Source: Eledone cirrhosa (lineage: Eukaryota). From it: a DNA stretch of 64,000 nt. A model generated the notes under the pieces. That model was not told where the DNA came from. It searched no databases and saw only the letters and a program-made list of their open reading frames with translations. The translations under genes were made by a program, and so were the position numbers. The stretch spans positions 27,714,001 to 27,778,000 of the forward strand of contig OZ024751.1 of the NCBI GenBank assembly GCA_964016885.1, read 5' to 3'. Position 1 is the stretch's first letter; each line of letters starts with the position of its first letter. Below are positions 1 to 12,252 of the stretch, in pieces.

Positions 1-310
1 CAATGTATTAGGTGATTCCTACAAAGGGGCTTGGTTATTTCAGCATCTTAGCCTTGCTCTCATCTGCGACAATGCTGCAAGTATATTGGCTTGCCTCAAA
101 CATTATTAGAAGGAAATCCCAGTGCCCTTTATTGTGACGTCTGATATAAAGTTCAGATCTTCTCACAGGTTTTTTACTTCTTTTATTAGTTTCCTATTTT
201 TATCTTTTTTTCCCTACTAATATATAGTATAAATACCTCCTCTGAATACACAACACTTGTCTGACAAACTAGGGAAATAACTGTAATTTATACAAGGAAT
301 TCTAGTTTAA

Positions 311-791
311 CCCTTTCATTACTCTATGACAAACTAGGGAAATATTTTATTTTCTGTTTCTTTTGTAATTTATACATCCATTCTTTCAAGGAATTTGAGT
401 TTGACCTTTTCATAACCCTATTTACAATGAAATACACTGTGCTTGAATTAATGAAGAATTTGGAGAGTTTAGTGTATTGGCAGTATCGGTAGAGGGTCGG
501 ACGCCATGCTTTCCAGCATAGTTACGTCCCTTTACTATCTGAGTTCAAATCCCGCCGAGGTTGACTTTGCCTTTCATCTTTACGGGGTCGATAAAATAAA
601 GTACCAGTAATACACTGGGTAATTGCTGGCCTTGTATCTAAAGTAGAAACAATTATTAAGATATTTGTAACATAAAATGTTCTTATATCAAATTATGTTG
701 CAAGTTATTAATTTAATTAGAAAATTATAAAAATAGGTTGTTTTGTTTAATAGAACCAGAATTGGTGTTGGGCTGGTTGGTATCAAAAGGG
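311..791. mobile_element. piggyBac-like MITE with nested SINE
   Basis: TTAA|CCCTTT at 307-316 and AAAGGG|TTAA at 786-795, i.e. TTAA target duplication with CCC/GGG termini. A second similar right end lies at about 862-875. Confidence 0.5.
476..658 (+). mobile_element. tRNA-derived SINE, family A (many copies in window)
   Basis: B-box-like GAGTTCAAATCC at 541, conserved body CTTTCATC..ACGGGGTCGATAAAATAAAGTACCAG, (TTA)n tail. Related copies at about 3932-4030, 5130-5440, 5773-5872, 7995-8220, 20803-20897, 30605-31140, 32554-32815, 36600-36730, 49184-49542 and 52996-53100. Confidence 0.85.
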
Positions 792-895
792 TTAAATAGG
801 AACCCTTGAAAATTGATAGCTTTGTTTCAGAGAAGCAGTGTGGGGTTTAGACAGGATTAGTATCAAAAGGGTTAAAGTGTTTTTGTTTCTTGTAG

Positions 896-972
896 ATTTG
901 GCTGATTGCTGACTTCCAACTTATACAGTCAATGATTTCAAATAAGCTACCGCATTCTCATTATTTCTACAG
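896..972 (+). CDS. SMPD2: Neutral sphingomyelinase 1 (SMPD2-like), first exon visible in window; gene start lies upstream
   Basis: ttgtag|ATTTGG...TACAG|gtaagg; encodes IWLIADFQLIQSMISNKLPHSHYFY(S), matching the nSMase (E)VW...HxFxSG segment; phase 2 joins the next exon. Confidence 0.85.
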
Positions 973-1528
973 GTAAGGAAACAACTATCTTTTGTTATTT
1001 TGCTGTTTGTTTTACAGTTTATACCTGCAGTAACCAAATGAACAACATCTCTTCAACAGCAGGCATAGCAAAAATATTGTTTATATTTTCAGCACCTGTC
1101 AGATGACAACATATTTAATAACTATTACATAATGACATTTGAAATGTGTACAATAGGTGCTATGTAAAGCAATAAACAGAAGTGTAAAATGTAAACCTGT
1201 CTCTTCTTCTTACATGATACACACACACACATACACATAATATAAATATATATATATAAATATAACAATATGGCATCTTAATAAATGTAAACAAATGTTT
1301 TGACCATGAATTGTTGGTCTGTGTAGTGAAACAATATGATTGATTTTCGTTGCCTTCTTTTTACCTCTTCAGTCCTTCTCCATTCCTCGAAAGTGAAACA
1401 ACCAAAATGAATTGCTCTTCGCCAGGTTGGATGGTTGTTAGATTTCGCAGTTGTTAGGGCTGATTCCAGCTTGAAGGAAGACATCAGTTGATCTTTGAAT
1501 CTGCATTTTGGGGCTACACAATAACGTT

Positions 1529-2850
1529 TCATCATCATCATCATTTTACGTCCGCTTTTCCCTGCTTGCAAGAGTGGGACGGGTCCTATTCAGCACAGCA
1601 TCTCTCCAGTTGTCACGGTCCTTCGTCATCTCCTCAGTGAGTTTCAATGATCTGAGGTCTGCTCTCGCCACCTCTTCCCATGTTTTTCGTGGTCTTCCTC
1701 TACTGCGTCTTCCTTCTACTGGGATTTCTTGGCACTTCTTTACTCAGCGGTCATCCTCCATGCGCATCACATGTCCATACCATCTCAGTCTTCTCTCCTG
1801 CACACCAAAACTTATCCCTCTTATACACAGTTTCTTTCTCAACTCATCTATGCTTGGTCATTCATGCACATTCACATTGCACATCCAACGGAGCATGCTT
1901 GCTTCATTTCTCTCCAGCCGTTGCATATCCTCTGCAGTTGCTTCCCATGTCTCACTACCATGCAGCATCGCGTATCTCACACAGACATCATATAACCATC
2001 CTTTCATACGCAGGGAGAAACACTTCTTTGTCAACAGAGGAAACAGCTCCCTAAACTTCTTCCAACCTGTCCTTATTCTAGATACTATGGCCTCAGAACA
2101 CCCCCATCCCATGCTAATCTGATCACCTAGGTACTGGAAGCTATCAACCACTTCTATAGAACCCACCTTCATTGGAAAAATGTGTCTATCACTGCGATTA
2201 CTACTGCCAACTTTCCCTGTACATCTACTGCATACATAGTTTTCTCTACCTGTTAGTTTGCCTGCTATCCCACTATATCTCTTGTGTACCCAGGATCTGC
2301 ATTGTGTACATTTTATGGAATTTATGCCAGTTCCTTTTCTATATATCGAACATGGCCATTTCCCTGATGGAATCAGAGTATTGTCCTCTTTTCTACTTAT
2401 CAACACTCTAGTCTTAGCTATGTTCACTCTCAGTTCTCTTGATTCCAACTGCTGTTTCCATAGCCAGAATTTATTCTCTAGCTTCTCTACTGATTCTGCT
2501 ATAAGAACCAGATCATCAGCATAGAGAAGTTCCCATGGGCATCCAGTCTTAAACTCCTCTGTTATGGCTTGGAGGACTATAATGAACAAGAGCGGGCTAA
2601 GGACCGAACCCTGATATACACCTACTTGTATCTGGAATTCCTCACTAAACTCCATTCCTACTCTCACTTTACTGACAGCACCCCAGTACATAGCCTGCAC
2701 TGTCCTCACAAGCCATTCCTCTACACCTAGTTTCATTAGGGTCCACCAGATCGGGGTACTCTATCAAAGGCCTTCTCTAGGTCAACAAAAGCTAAGTAAA
2801 GTGGCTTATTCTTCTCTAAGAACCTCTCTTGTAGTTGTCTCACTAAGAAG
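1529..2850 (-). mobile_element. RTE-clade LINE, 3' fragment
   Basis: ORF 1858-2736 has RT motifs QGSVLSPLLF and LYADDLVL plus a Cys-rich CxxC..W.H.. segment and HGSETW; ends in a (CAT)n-flanked tail. Confidence 0.9.
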
Positions 2851-2859
2851 AGGGGTATT

Positions 2860-3905
2860 TCCAATTCTCTTTACTTGTTTGGTAACCATACTGGATGTTA
2901 TGGTCACATTTCATTGTTTTCTCTTCCATTTCAATTCTTCTGTTAACTCTTTGATCCACTCTGTTTGTTGATTCTGCTTTTCTTCATTTCCCAATATGTC
3001 ATTTCAAAACTATTGGCTTTCTTCTGCACCAGCAAGTCCAATCTTATCTATAGGAACGATCATGTCAATCAGCAGGCATACCCTCTTTTTAAAGTCCTTC
3101 AGTATTATATCAGGTCTATTTGCATCTATTTGTTGGTCTGTTTGGACACTGAAGTTCCACAAAATTGAAATGTGACCTTTTCAAGCATAGGAGGTGTTTG
3201 ATGCTCCACCAATTCTTTAGATGGGATAGGTCAAAATGCTTACACATTATCCAATGTATGTATTGTGCCGCTCTGTTGTGCCTGTTAAGGTATTTGGTTG
3301 GAGCTTTAGGACTGCCCATTGAAATTATATGATCAATGGTCTCTGGTTGCTTTTTACATACATGGCATAATGGGTTGCATCCATTTTTTATGATGTTGGC
3401 TTGATAATTTTTTTATTGGCAGATATTAATCTTGTGCTAATATAATCAATCCTTTAGTCTCTGATTTCAGTCCAGAGGATGCCAACCACTGATGAGTTTT
3501 GTCAACATCAGGATTGTTAGCTTTTTCTGGGTATTTCCCATACAGAGGCTTTTCTTGCCATTTCTTAGCCAGTTTCTTTAATAGTTATTTCTTTGCAGTT
3601 ACTTTTACCTGCTTTGCTTTTGTCGTGTTTTTCATTTCAGCAGTAAAGGGAACTTCTGAAATTTGCAGTTCATTATTGTATCTATGTGCATCTTTTGTAA
3701 TGGAGTATGATCTTTTGTTGCTTTCATGTTTCAAAATGAGTTTGACCATCCAATCATGTGATTCCCTTAAATATGTAGATAATCCAATTGTTGCAGTTTT
3801 CAAAGCAATATCTAACTGGATTAATCCATGCCCACCTTCTTTCCTAGGGAGATATATTCTGTCTGTATCTGCCTTAGAGTGATGCATACTGTGCATGGTT
3901 AAGAG

Positions 3906-3907
<2 letters not shown>
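2860..3907 (-). mobile_element. R4/Dong-like LINE fragment (restriction-like endonuclease)
   Basis: Translations include HSKADTDRIYLPRKEGGHGL, KYLNRHNRAAQYIHW and NRPDII..D; frameshifted; abuts a (TTA)n tract. Confidence 0.8.
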
Positions 3908-3936
<29 letters not shown>

Positions 3937-4125
3937 TTGCCTTTCATCCTTACGAGGTCGATAAAATAAAGTACCAGTAATGTACTGGGTAATTGCTGGC
4001 CTTGTGCCAAAAGTAGAAACTATTATTATTATTTCTGATATTAATGGTTTATTCTTTGCTGGCAAGGAATAAACTATCATTAAATGATGATGATGATGAT
4101 TTATTTAAATTATAATTTTTAACAG

Positions 4126-4309
4126 TGGTAGCATTGGCAGTGGAATGTGTGTCTTCTCAAAATTTCCAATCCTTGATGTCCTCTATTGTGATTACCGTTT
4201 GAATGGTTATGCTCACAAGATCCTACATGGTGACTGGTTTGCTGGCAAAGGAGTTGGGCTTTTCAAAGTTGAGGTCAATGGATTACTAATTAATATTTAC
4301 ATCACACAT
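4126..4309 (+). CDS. SMPD2: SMPD2-like exon
   Basis: aacag|T GGT...ACACAT|gtaagt; encodes GSIGSGMCVFSKFPI...LNGYAHKILHGDWFAGKGVG...IYITH, including the conserved nSMase P-loop-like region. Confidence 0.95.
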
Positions 4310-4574
4310 GTAAGTTTGGCTGAGAGATTCAGCTATTTTTTTTAAAATATTATTTTCTCTAAAACAAGTTTATTAGCTTAGTCACATGACAACCTCCCTA
4401 GTACTGGTGCTTTGATAGATTGCATCTTGTAGACTTTATAAAATGGTAGTTGGCATTGAAAAGAGCCGCCAGCTGTAGAAACCTTGCCAAAATGTGGTTG
4501 GCATTAGGAAAAACACCCGTTAACAATTCTGTCAATCCACTGTCCTTGATATAATAATAATAATAATAATAATA

Positions 4575-4920
4575 ATTCTTTCTTTATTAGCCTACATATA
4601 GGGGACAATACAAAAAGACAGGGACAGTGCGAGTTTACCAAAAAAAAAGAGTAAAAAAATATATAGAACAATAACAATAAACAATAAAAATACAAACAGA
4701 ATTCCCCAATAGGGGGTAGAACCATGCAGGGATAATTCAGGTACCCCACCAATCCTGAACCACCCGATGTTTTGAGAGCACCCAGGAAGGGCACCCCTCT
4801 TCCCCTCAAATTAACCAGCCTACAGGCGCTTGATCAGAGTAGGCCCATACACACTGGCCAATCTCACCATATTCCTCCACCTTTTAGCAAATGTACTGGA
4901 GTGGGGTGTACAAGTAGGTG
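4575..4920 (-). mobile_element. Tx1/L1-like LINE 3' end
   Basis: Minus translation STFAKRWRNMVRLASV and a 3' tail GGCTAATAAAGAAA shared with the copy at 51805-52160. Confidence 0.55.
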
Positions 4921-5883
4921 TACAAAAACAAGTAACAATAACAACAATGATAACTACACTGTTACCATGACTACAATCTGCCAATCCTTTCTTTTCTTCA
5001 GCTACAGAACATAGCCTAGGTAAAGACAACTCAGAAAGTAAAAACAATAACAATGATGATAACATTGTTACCATGGCTACATAAGGTAGCCACAAGGACA
5101 AAAACAATAACACTAATTATGGTGATAATAATGGTTCCTGATTTAGGCACAAGGCCAACAGTTTCAGGGGAGGGAAAATTTGTTTAAATCGACTGAAGTG
5201 CATTACAGGTACTTTATTTTACCAACCTCCCATTAGGATGAAATTCAATGCTAACCTCGGCAGGATTAATAATTGTTTCTACTCTTAGCACAAGCCTAGC
5301 AATTACCCCAGTGCATTACTGGTGCTTTATTTTATCGATTCCATAAGGATGAAAGGCAAAGTTAACCACAGCAGGATTTGAACTCAGAATGCAAAGTGCC
5401 ATAACTCTTTGCTGCAAAGCATGATGTCTGACGCTAGTGATGATGTTTGTCCACATCACCTGCTCATTTTCTGGTGTTAGGTCTTTCATCTGGGCACCTT
5501 GATGACAGATTGTAATGTGTTCTATGTTAGGTTTCGTCTCTACAATGCTGCAATGAAAACAACCTCTTATACTTTAAAGTTAAAGCTTTAAGCTGCAGAA
5601 TTGGTCTTAAAATTAAGAAAAAGAAAACCAGATCTGTTAATAAACAACCTAAATTGAAAGAAAAAGTATAGAAAGAAATTGTTAACCTGAGAAGTGAAAT
5701 GTCAATAGTGGTGTGAACATAAAGATGAGAAAAGCAAGAAAAGTTAAAAGAAAGTATAAGATAATCACAGATAATTGTCTCTACTTTAGGCACAAGGCCA
5801 GCAATTACCCAGTACATTACTGGTACTTTATTTTATCGACCCCGTAAGGATGAAAGGCAAAGTTAACCTCGATAATGAGAATC

Positions 5884-6830
5884 TATTGACCACCAAAGAG
5901 GAACTTCATTTCAGCCGCTTGTATTCGAAATTGTATTCTTTCAGTCATTACCCAAGATTCATGACTATAGGTAAGGGTTGGCATGAATACTGAATTGAAG
6001 ATAGCAACTTTGGCTTTTACACCTACCTCCCTTCTTCTGACGACCAAATGCTGAAGCTGGCGCATTACTGCAGCAGTTCCTGCAATTCTTGCACTAAATT
6101 CAGCCTCCTGCTTCCATCACTTGTAAACATGGCCCTGAGATACTTGAACTTCACCTGCTTCAGTGGAACTCTATCCACATGCAGCGTACACTGCACAGAC
6201 TTCCTTGAGAGGACGATTCTCTGTTTTCGCAGCACTGATTTTCATTCCAGCCATGCAGCACTCGGCATCAAACCTATGAAGTGCAAGTCGGAGATCTTCT
6301 GTCGAGTTAAGTAACACCATGTTGTCTGCAAATTCCAGTCAACTGATTCTACACCCACCAGTCATGATACCACTTTCAATCCGGCTGCACATGTCAATCC
6401 TGTTCATGTAAATAATGAACAGGAGAGGTGACAGTACACATCCTTTGTGGAGTCCAACTCCAACATTGAATGGTTTCAATTTAGCACCATTTATCTGAAC
6501 ACAAATACTCGGGCATTCATATAGAGACATCAGGGTAGCAGAGAAACTAACCATCGATCCCATACTCCTGCACATCCTTCCACAGCAGGTCCTGAGGAAC
6601 GCGGCCATATGCCTTTTCATGTTCTGGCAGACCATCTGCCGACTTCGTAACAAGAAGCCCTCCTCCACACCTGCTATCAAAAATGCGTCTGGGGTTCTCC
6701 TCTCCTCAGAGAGGTGTAGAGAATACCATGTCCACCACACTTCTTTTTCCATAGCCACCAGGCAGATAAAAACTGCCTGCCCTTCCCAGCCTAAAGGAAA
6801 TGGAGGGAGGATCTTCACTAAAGGGAGATA
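5884..6830 (-). mobile_element. RTE-like LINE fragment with inverted 5' piece
   Basis: Minus: GCVLSPLLFIIYM, FADNMVLL, YSHESWVM, QAAEMKFL. About 6595-6830 reads on + (FWQTICRLRNKK) as an upstream part of this type of element. Confidence 0.75.
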
Positions 6831-7142
6831 ACAAGGCTATCTTCATTGGTGGACTCACTGATAGCTGGATCTGCCCTACATCCAATAATAATTGTTCAAC
6901 ATAGCTCCACAAGTCAGCAATGCTCAGACACTGGATGATTTCATGCAGAATGTTTTCTCACTCTTTGCACATCTTATGATAATAATAATAATTCCTTTAA
7001 TGGCTGAAATACAAAGGACAATACAAATGAAGAGAGACAGTAGTGATTTACATAAATCAAGTAAACGGGGAAAAAAAAGATAATGAACAATAATATTGTA
7101 TGATGTTGTCTAAAGACATTCTCCTTACCATTGTTGTTGCAG

Positions 7143-7346
7143 ATCCATGCAGAGTATAGTGAAACTAATGATGAATATTTCACACATCGCTTGATTCAAG
7201 CCTTTCAACTTAGCCAATTTATAAAACACACATCTGAAAAATGTGATGTTGTGATTGTTGGTGGAGACTGTAATATGGAATCTAATACACTCAGTTATAA
7301 AATACTCACCACCAATGCCATGTTAAATGATGCTTGGTTGCAAAAG
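7143..7346 (+). CDS. SMPD2: SMPD2-like exon
   Basis: ttgcag|ATCCATGCA...CAAAAG|gtcagt, 204 nt; IHAEY...HRLIQAFQLSQFI...VIVGGDCN (catalytic GDxN)...LNDAW. Confidence 0.95.
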
Positions 7347-7380
7347 GTCAGTTTAAATATTTTGATTCTTAGAATTTCAT

Positions 7381-7750
7381 TACCATATTTCTAATGAAAG
7401 ACTCTGCCTATGATTTTTAAATAATTTCGAAAATAATTAAGAATTTGGGGGTATTAATAATTTAACTAACTTTTTTATTATCATACTGGTGTTTGGAACA
7501 TAACTTCACAAAGGTTTTTACAAAAAATTATGATGGAAGGTTTTTAGATAAATATAACCACTTTAACCCTTTTATCATATTTCTAATGAAAGACACTGTC
7601 TATGTTTTGTAAACTATTTTGAAAACAATCAAAAAATTTGAAGGGATTTAGTAATGTAACTAACTTTCTTATTATTGAACTGGTGTTTGGAACATAACTT
7701 AGCAAAGGATTTTTACATAAAATTATGATGGGAGCATTTTAAAATAAACA
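7381..7750. repeat. Tandem duplication (about 190 bp x2) of a MITE-like sequence
   Basis: CATATTTCTAATGAAAGAC...ACTGGTGTTTGGAACATAACTT occurs twice; the second copy starts with TTAACCCTTT like the element at 311. Confidence 0.55.
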
Positions 7751-7831
7751 CATTTGTATAGTAGAACCATACAAATGTGGTTTGGTATAAATTGTATGTC
7801 ATGTTGTTTGTTTGCTTCTTTTTGTAAATAG

Positions 7832-7958
7832 AAAAATGGGGAAGATAGATATGGTGGAACTTGTGAGTGTCCCAGCAACTGCTACAGTGATCCTTCTACC
7901 CAAGAGAAAATTCCACATGGAAAACGGATTGATTTCCTTCTGTTTCGAGCTAATTCAG
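7832..7958 (+). CDS. SMPD2: SMPD2-like exon
   Basis: aatag|AAAAAT...TCAG|gtaaga; GTCECPSNCY...PHGKRIDFLLFR (conserved T.....N.Y and RID motifs). Confidence 0.93.
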
Positions 7959-8249
7959 GTAAGATAATCAAACAACAACAACAATGATGATAATAATGGC
8001 TTCTGATTTAGGCACAAGGCCAGCAATTTTGGGGAGGGGGGGGGGTAAGTGAGTTAAATCGACCTCATTGGATGACTGGTACTTTACTTTATCAACCCTG
8101 TAAGGATGAAAGTCAAAGCTAATCTAGGCGCGATTTGATCTCAGAATGTAAAGGGCCGTAACTCTGTGCTGAAAAGCATGCTGACCGACGCTCTACTGAT
8201 TACTGCCAATCCACTTCCCTGATAATAATAATAATAATAAGAAGAAGAA

Positions 8250-8990
8250 GAAATCCTTACATGGCCAATACCCCCAAAAGCTAAATAGTAAAGTAGACAA
8301 AGAAAACACAAAACTGGCTCCGAAGCATTGGACTGAAAGTCGAAACAGAAGCATTTCTAATTGCATCACGAGACCAAAGCCCACCAGAAACTAGCAGGAG
8401 TACATAATGAAACAAAGCACTATAAGTAACTGTAGAATATGTGGAGATAGGGAAGAAACAATCAATCACATTGTCTCTGGATGCCCAGCACTAGCCAAAA
8501 AAGAATATATCCACAGGCATGATAGAGTTGGGACCTTCATACACTGGAAGTTATGCCAGCATTATGAAATACCAACAAAAAATAGAGGGTATAAACACAC
8601 ACCAGACAAAGTGTCAGAGAATGACAAAGCAACCATTCTCTGGGATATGCCAATAGATACAGACAGAGAGATCAAACCCAACCAACTAACCAACCAGATA
8701 TTGTTGTCAAGGACCACAAAGAAAAAATATGCCTTCTAATAGATGTATCAATCCACACAGACGACAATATATCTTCCAAGGAAATATGTAAACTCTCCAA
8801 ATATAAAGATCTAGAGATAGAAATAACTCAAATGTGGAAAATGAAAACAGAAACAATAACTCTGGAAATGATAAAAAAAAAAAATATAAATACATAGCCC
8901 AAACCCCAGGACTTACAAATATATACAGCATCCAAAAGATGGCAATACCAGGTACTGCACACATTATCAAAAGTACTATCAGTACAATAG
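8250..8990 (+). mobile_element. R4/Dong-like LINE 3' fragment
   Basis: CRICG..EETINHIVSGC..LAKKEYIHRHD zinc knuckle, ILWD, PDIVV and KLSKYKDL; follows a (TAA)n tract. Confidence 0.85.
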
Positions 8991-9129
8991 AAATAACACC
9001 AGCAAAAACTACACTGTTCATACCCAAGGCACACAAAGCTCAGCTCGGTAAAGCAGTAATGATGTACAATAAAAATAATGGAGATAATAAGGGACCACTT
9101 AGTTGTTGGATGTAAAGTTTTAGCCCCAG

Positions 9130-9620
9130 TAGAGTACAAATATAGACATGACAGAGTTGGCCAATATCTACACTGGGTAATATGTCGGCATTATAAAATC
9201 AAAGCTGCTGACAAGTGGTACAATCATCACCCTGAGGCTGTAACTGAGAAAAAGTAAGAATTCTTTGGGACTTTCCTGTACATACTGACTGGACCATAAA
9301 AGCTAATAGACCAGATACCATTGTAAAAGACCAACATAGCAAGGTCTGTTTACTGATTGATATGAGCATCCCATGTGATCACAATATCGCGGCAAAAGAA
9401 TTTGACAAGCTAAGAAAATATAAAGATCTGCTTATTAAAATTTAAAAAATATGGCACCTCAAGGCCGTTACAATACCAGTGATTGTGGGAGCATTGGGAA
9501 TGATCAAGAAAGGAACAACAGTATTTGAGAATGATCCCTGGTTTACATTCTCTGCAAGAGGTGCAAAAAATTATTTTGACTTGTACTGCACACGTATTGA
9601 GAAGAGCACTATCTCTGTGA
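9130..9620 (+). mobile_element. R4/Dong-like LINE 3' fragment (second subfamily)
   Basis: LWDFPVHTD..IKANRPDTIV, LIDMSIP and IPVIVGALG motifs with stops and frameshifts. Confidence 0.8.
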
Positions 9621-9791
9621 GAATGATATCCCTCCATGTATGTATGTATGTGTGATTGTGTGTGTGTGTGTGTGTGTGTGGCTGCATGGATATCTTTTAT
9701 TTATATGCATGTGTATATATGGGTATGTATTTGTATCTGAGTGTGTGTATGTATATATATAAATGTGTGTATGTTTGTGTGTGTACATGTC

Positions 9792-9837
<46 letters not shown>

Positions 9838-10308
9838 CTCTTTTACCTGTTTCAGCCATCCGGCTGAGGCCATGCTGGGGCACCGCCCTTGTTTATATAT
9901 ATTTTTTATTTATATTTAAGCTGTAAATTATAATCAATGTGATGTGTTAACTGGCTTACCAATGTATACAGTGAGTTTATTTGCCCAGGAAGACATTTGG
10001 CATATATCAGAAACAATACTGAAGGTAAAGGAAAACAATAATAATAATAATAATAATAATAATAAACTTCATCAGGAACATTGACAAGTCAACAAGGACT
10101 GCTAAATCAATAGCACCCAAGGAAAAAGTGCAAGAATTATGGAAAAATATCATAGTATACATCCCCCATGGATAGACAGACATTGAAAGATACAGTTCAC
10201 CTTGAGGAACAAACATGGGAAAATATAACAGTTGAACATCGTTTAGCTCTTAGAAAATACAGCAAGTGGAAATCTCCAGGGAAAAACAAAAAAAAATAAA
10301 TTTTTGGA

Positions 10309-11040
10309 TGTGGGGCTGCCGTGAGATAGAGGGCGGTGCAGAGCTGTTGTGGGGGGGATTGCCGGAAGTTGGGGGACACCTGACCAGAAGCAGGAGGACG
10401 GGGGCGACTTGAGGCATCAGGCCGTGAACAGCCCTCTCTTAGATACAGGCCCCAAAAGGTGACGGAAGTGTGAAGACAGACACTAGTGGAAGTACCCCAC
10501 ATGGACGGTGGAACCAGCAATAGAGACGCAAGGTAAGTCCGAATGCCTCCATCTACAAGCTATTTTGGCGTTTAATGAATTTTCCCATCTTTCGGCATTC
10601 TTACTTCGGGCACGGCAGCCTTTTAGTTTACCTTTTTTTTTTTTTTTTTTTTCTTTTTTTTTTCTTTTTCGTGGGGCATCGTTGTTGACTTTTTTCCAAT
10701 CTCGCAGGGGAGATGGCAACGAAACTGAGATTGAATAGCGAGACGATCAAGGCTTTTAATGGCGAAGGAGATGTGACCTGATTGCCTCGCTGCAAGGCAT
10801 TGACAATGTTGATGGTTTGATAGCTCTATACCTTGGCCTTTATGAACAGGTTCCCCGACGATATCTCCGTGAAGCTCCAACAGCTGCCCGGCAACAGGGA
10901 GATAAGCATGAGCGAGCTCATCGCACAGACCCGCGTAATAACGCAGGACACGAGGTGGAGTGTTGCAGCGCTGGCAGCGACGGAAGCCCATGGCAGTCAA
11001 CAGCGTATGACGAAAGGAGACCAGCCACTGTGAATAGTCG
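10309..11040 (+). mobile_element. Gypsy-like LTR retrotransposon fragment (one LTR, PBS, degenerate gag)
   Basis: LTR 10309-10501 bounded by TGTGGGG...CCCCACA, immediately followed by TGG (PBS-like). Downstream are FNGEGDV and AFMNRFPDDISVKLQQLP gag-like peptides. Sits between two R4-like pieces. Confidence 0.65.
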
Positions 11041-11043
11041 TCC

Positions 11044-11700
11044 GCGTGTATGTAAAAAACAACCAGAGACCATTGATCATATAATCTTAATGGGCAGTCC
11101 TATAGCTCCAACCAAATACCTAAACAGGCACAACAGAGCGGCACAATACATACATTGGATAATGTGTAAGTATTTTGACCTGCCCCATCTAAAGAACTGG
11201 TGGGAGCATCAACCACCTCCCATACTTGAAAAGGTCACATTTCAATTTTGTGGAACTTTAGCATCCAAACAGACCAAAAATAGATGCAAATAGACCTGAT
11301 ATAATACTGAAGGACTTTAAAAAGAGGGTATGCCTGCTGATTGATATGACCATTCCTATAGACAAGATTGTATCTATAAAAACATTTGAAAAATTGAGCA
11401 AGTATAAGGACCTGGAGATAGAGATTGGAAAAATGGGGAAGTTGAGAAGTAAAACAATACCAGTGGTTGTAGGCGCTCTAGGAATGATACCTAAGGGGTC
11501 TAATGATTACTTATCCCAAATCTCAGAAAACCCACATATAGAAGAAATACAAAAGATAGTACTATTGGGAACTGCCCATATACTAAGGAATATTCTGTCG
11601 CTATAAGTGTATCACAAGTGTAAACACCTAAAGATACATGTCTGTGTGTGTGTTTTTGTTGAACATGGCAGACCTTGTCTCTTGAGGTCACTGGTTGTGA
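11044..11700 (+). mobile_element. R4/Dong-like LINE 3' fragment
   Basis: ETIDHII, RHNRAAQYIHW, RPDII, EKLSKYKDLEIEI, IPVVVGALG, IQKIVLLGTAHILR. A matching upstream piece (KYSKWKSPG) lies at about 10045-10308. Confidence 0.85.
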
Positions 11701-12018
11701 CTTGGTGATAACTCATATGAACATAAAGCAAGATAAATGAAATAACAATAATGATAAAAGGAAGAAAGGAAAAGTTGGATAGGCCTTCACAGACCAACCT
11801 ACTGACCCCTCTGATGGGCCAGGGAACTTACATCTTACATACATTCCCAGGCTCTGCCAAGTGTGTTTTATCATAGCACCAGCAATAGGGAGATTGGCGT
11901 GTCTTTGACACAACCGAAGTGTCCTCTCAACACCTATTTTCTTTGCCAGATTTCTTATGTGTATATTAAATTAATAAATATCTAAAATAATAACCACAAT
12001 ATTATAACTTTGTTTTAG

Positions 12019-12138
12019 GTACCAAAATGACTGTTGATTATTGTGAAACAGTCTTGGGAAAGATTCCTAACCATACAAAAAACTATTCAGACCATGAAGG
12101 TGTGACAGCTACCTTCAGTATAATAGGTGCACCAACAG
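12019..12138 (+). CDS. SMPD2: SMPD2-like exon
   Basis: ttttag|GTACC...ACAG|gtaaga; contains NYSDHEGVTATF with the catalytic SDH histidine. Confidence 0.95.
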
Positions 12139-12252
12139 GTAAGATAATTTCTTCTACCTCTTTATTATGCAAAATATTTTTGTAAATAAAATTTAATTGA
12201 TAAATTGTTCTATTAAATTTTATTTATTCAAATTTTAAATATGAATGTTGTT

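Noticed and set aside
108-170. EIPVPFI peptide resembling the nSMase N-terminal WGIP motif
   Set aside because: No following LQE motif and no convincing phase-0 donor; the true upstream exon is probably outside the window.
476-560. tRNA gene
   Set aside because: A/B-box-like sequence lacks a cloverleaf and continues into a SINE body present in many copies.
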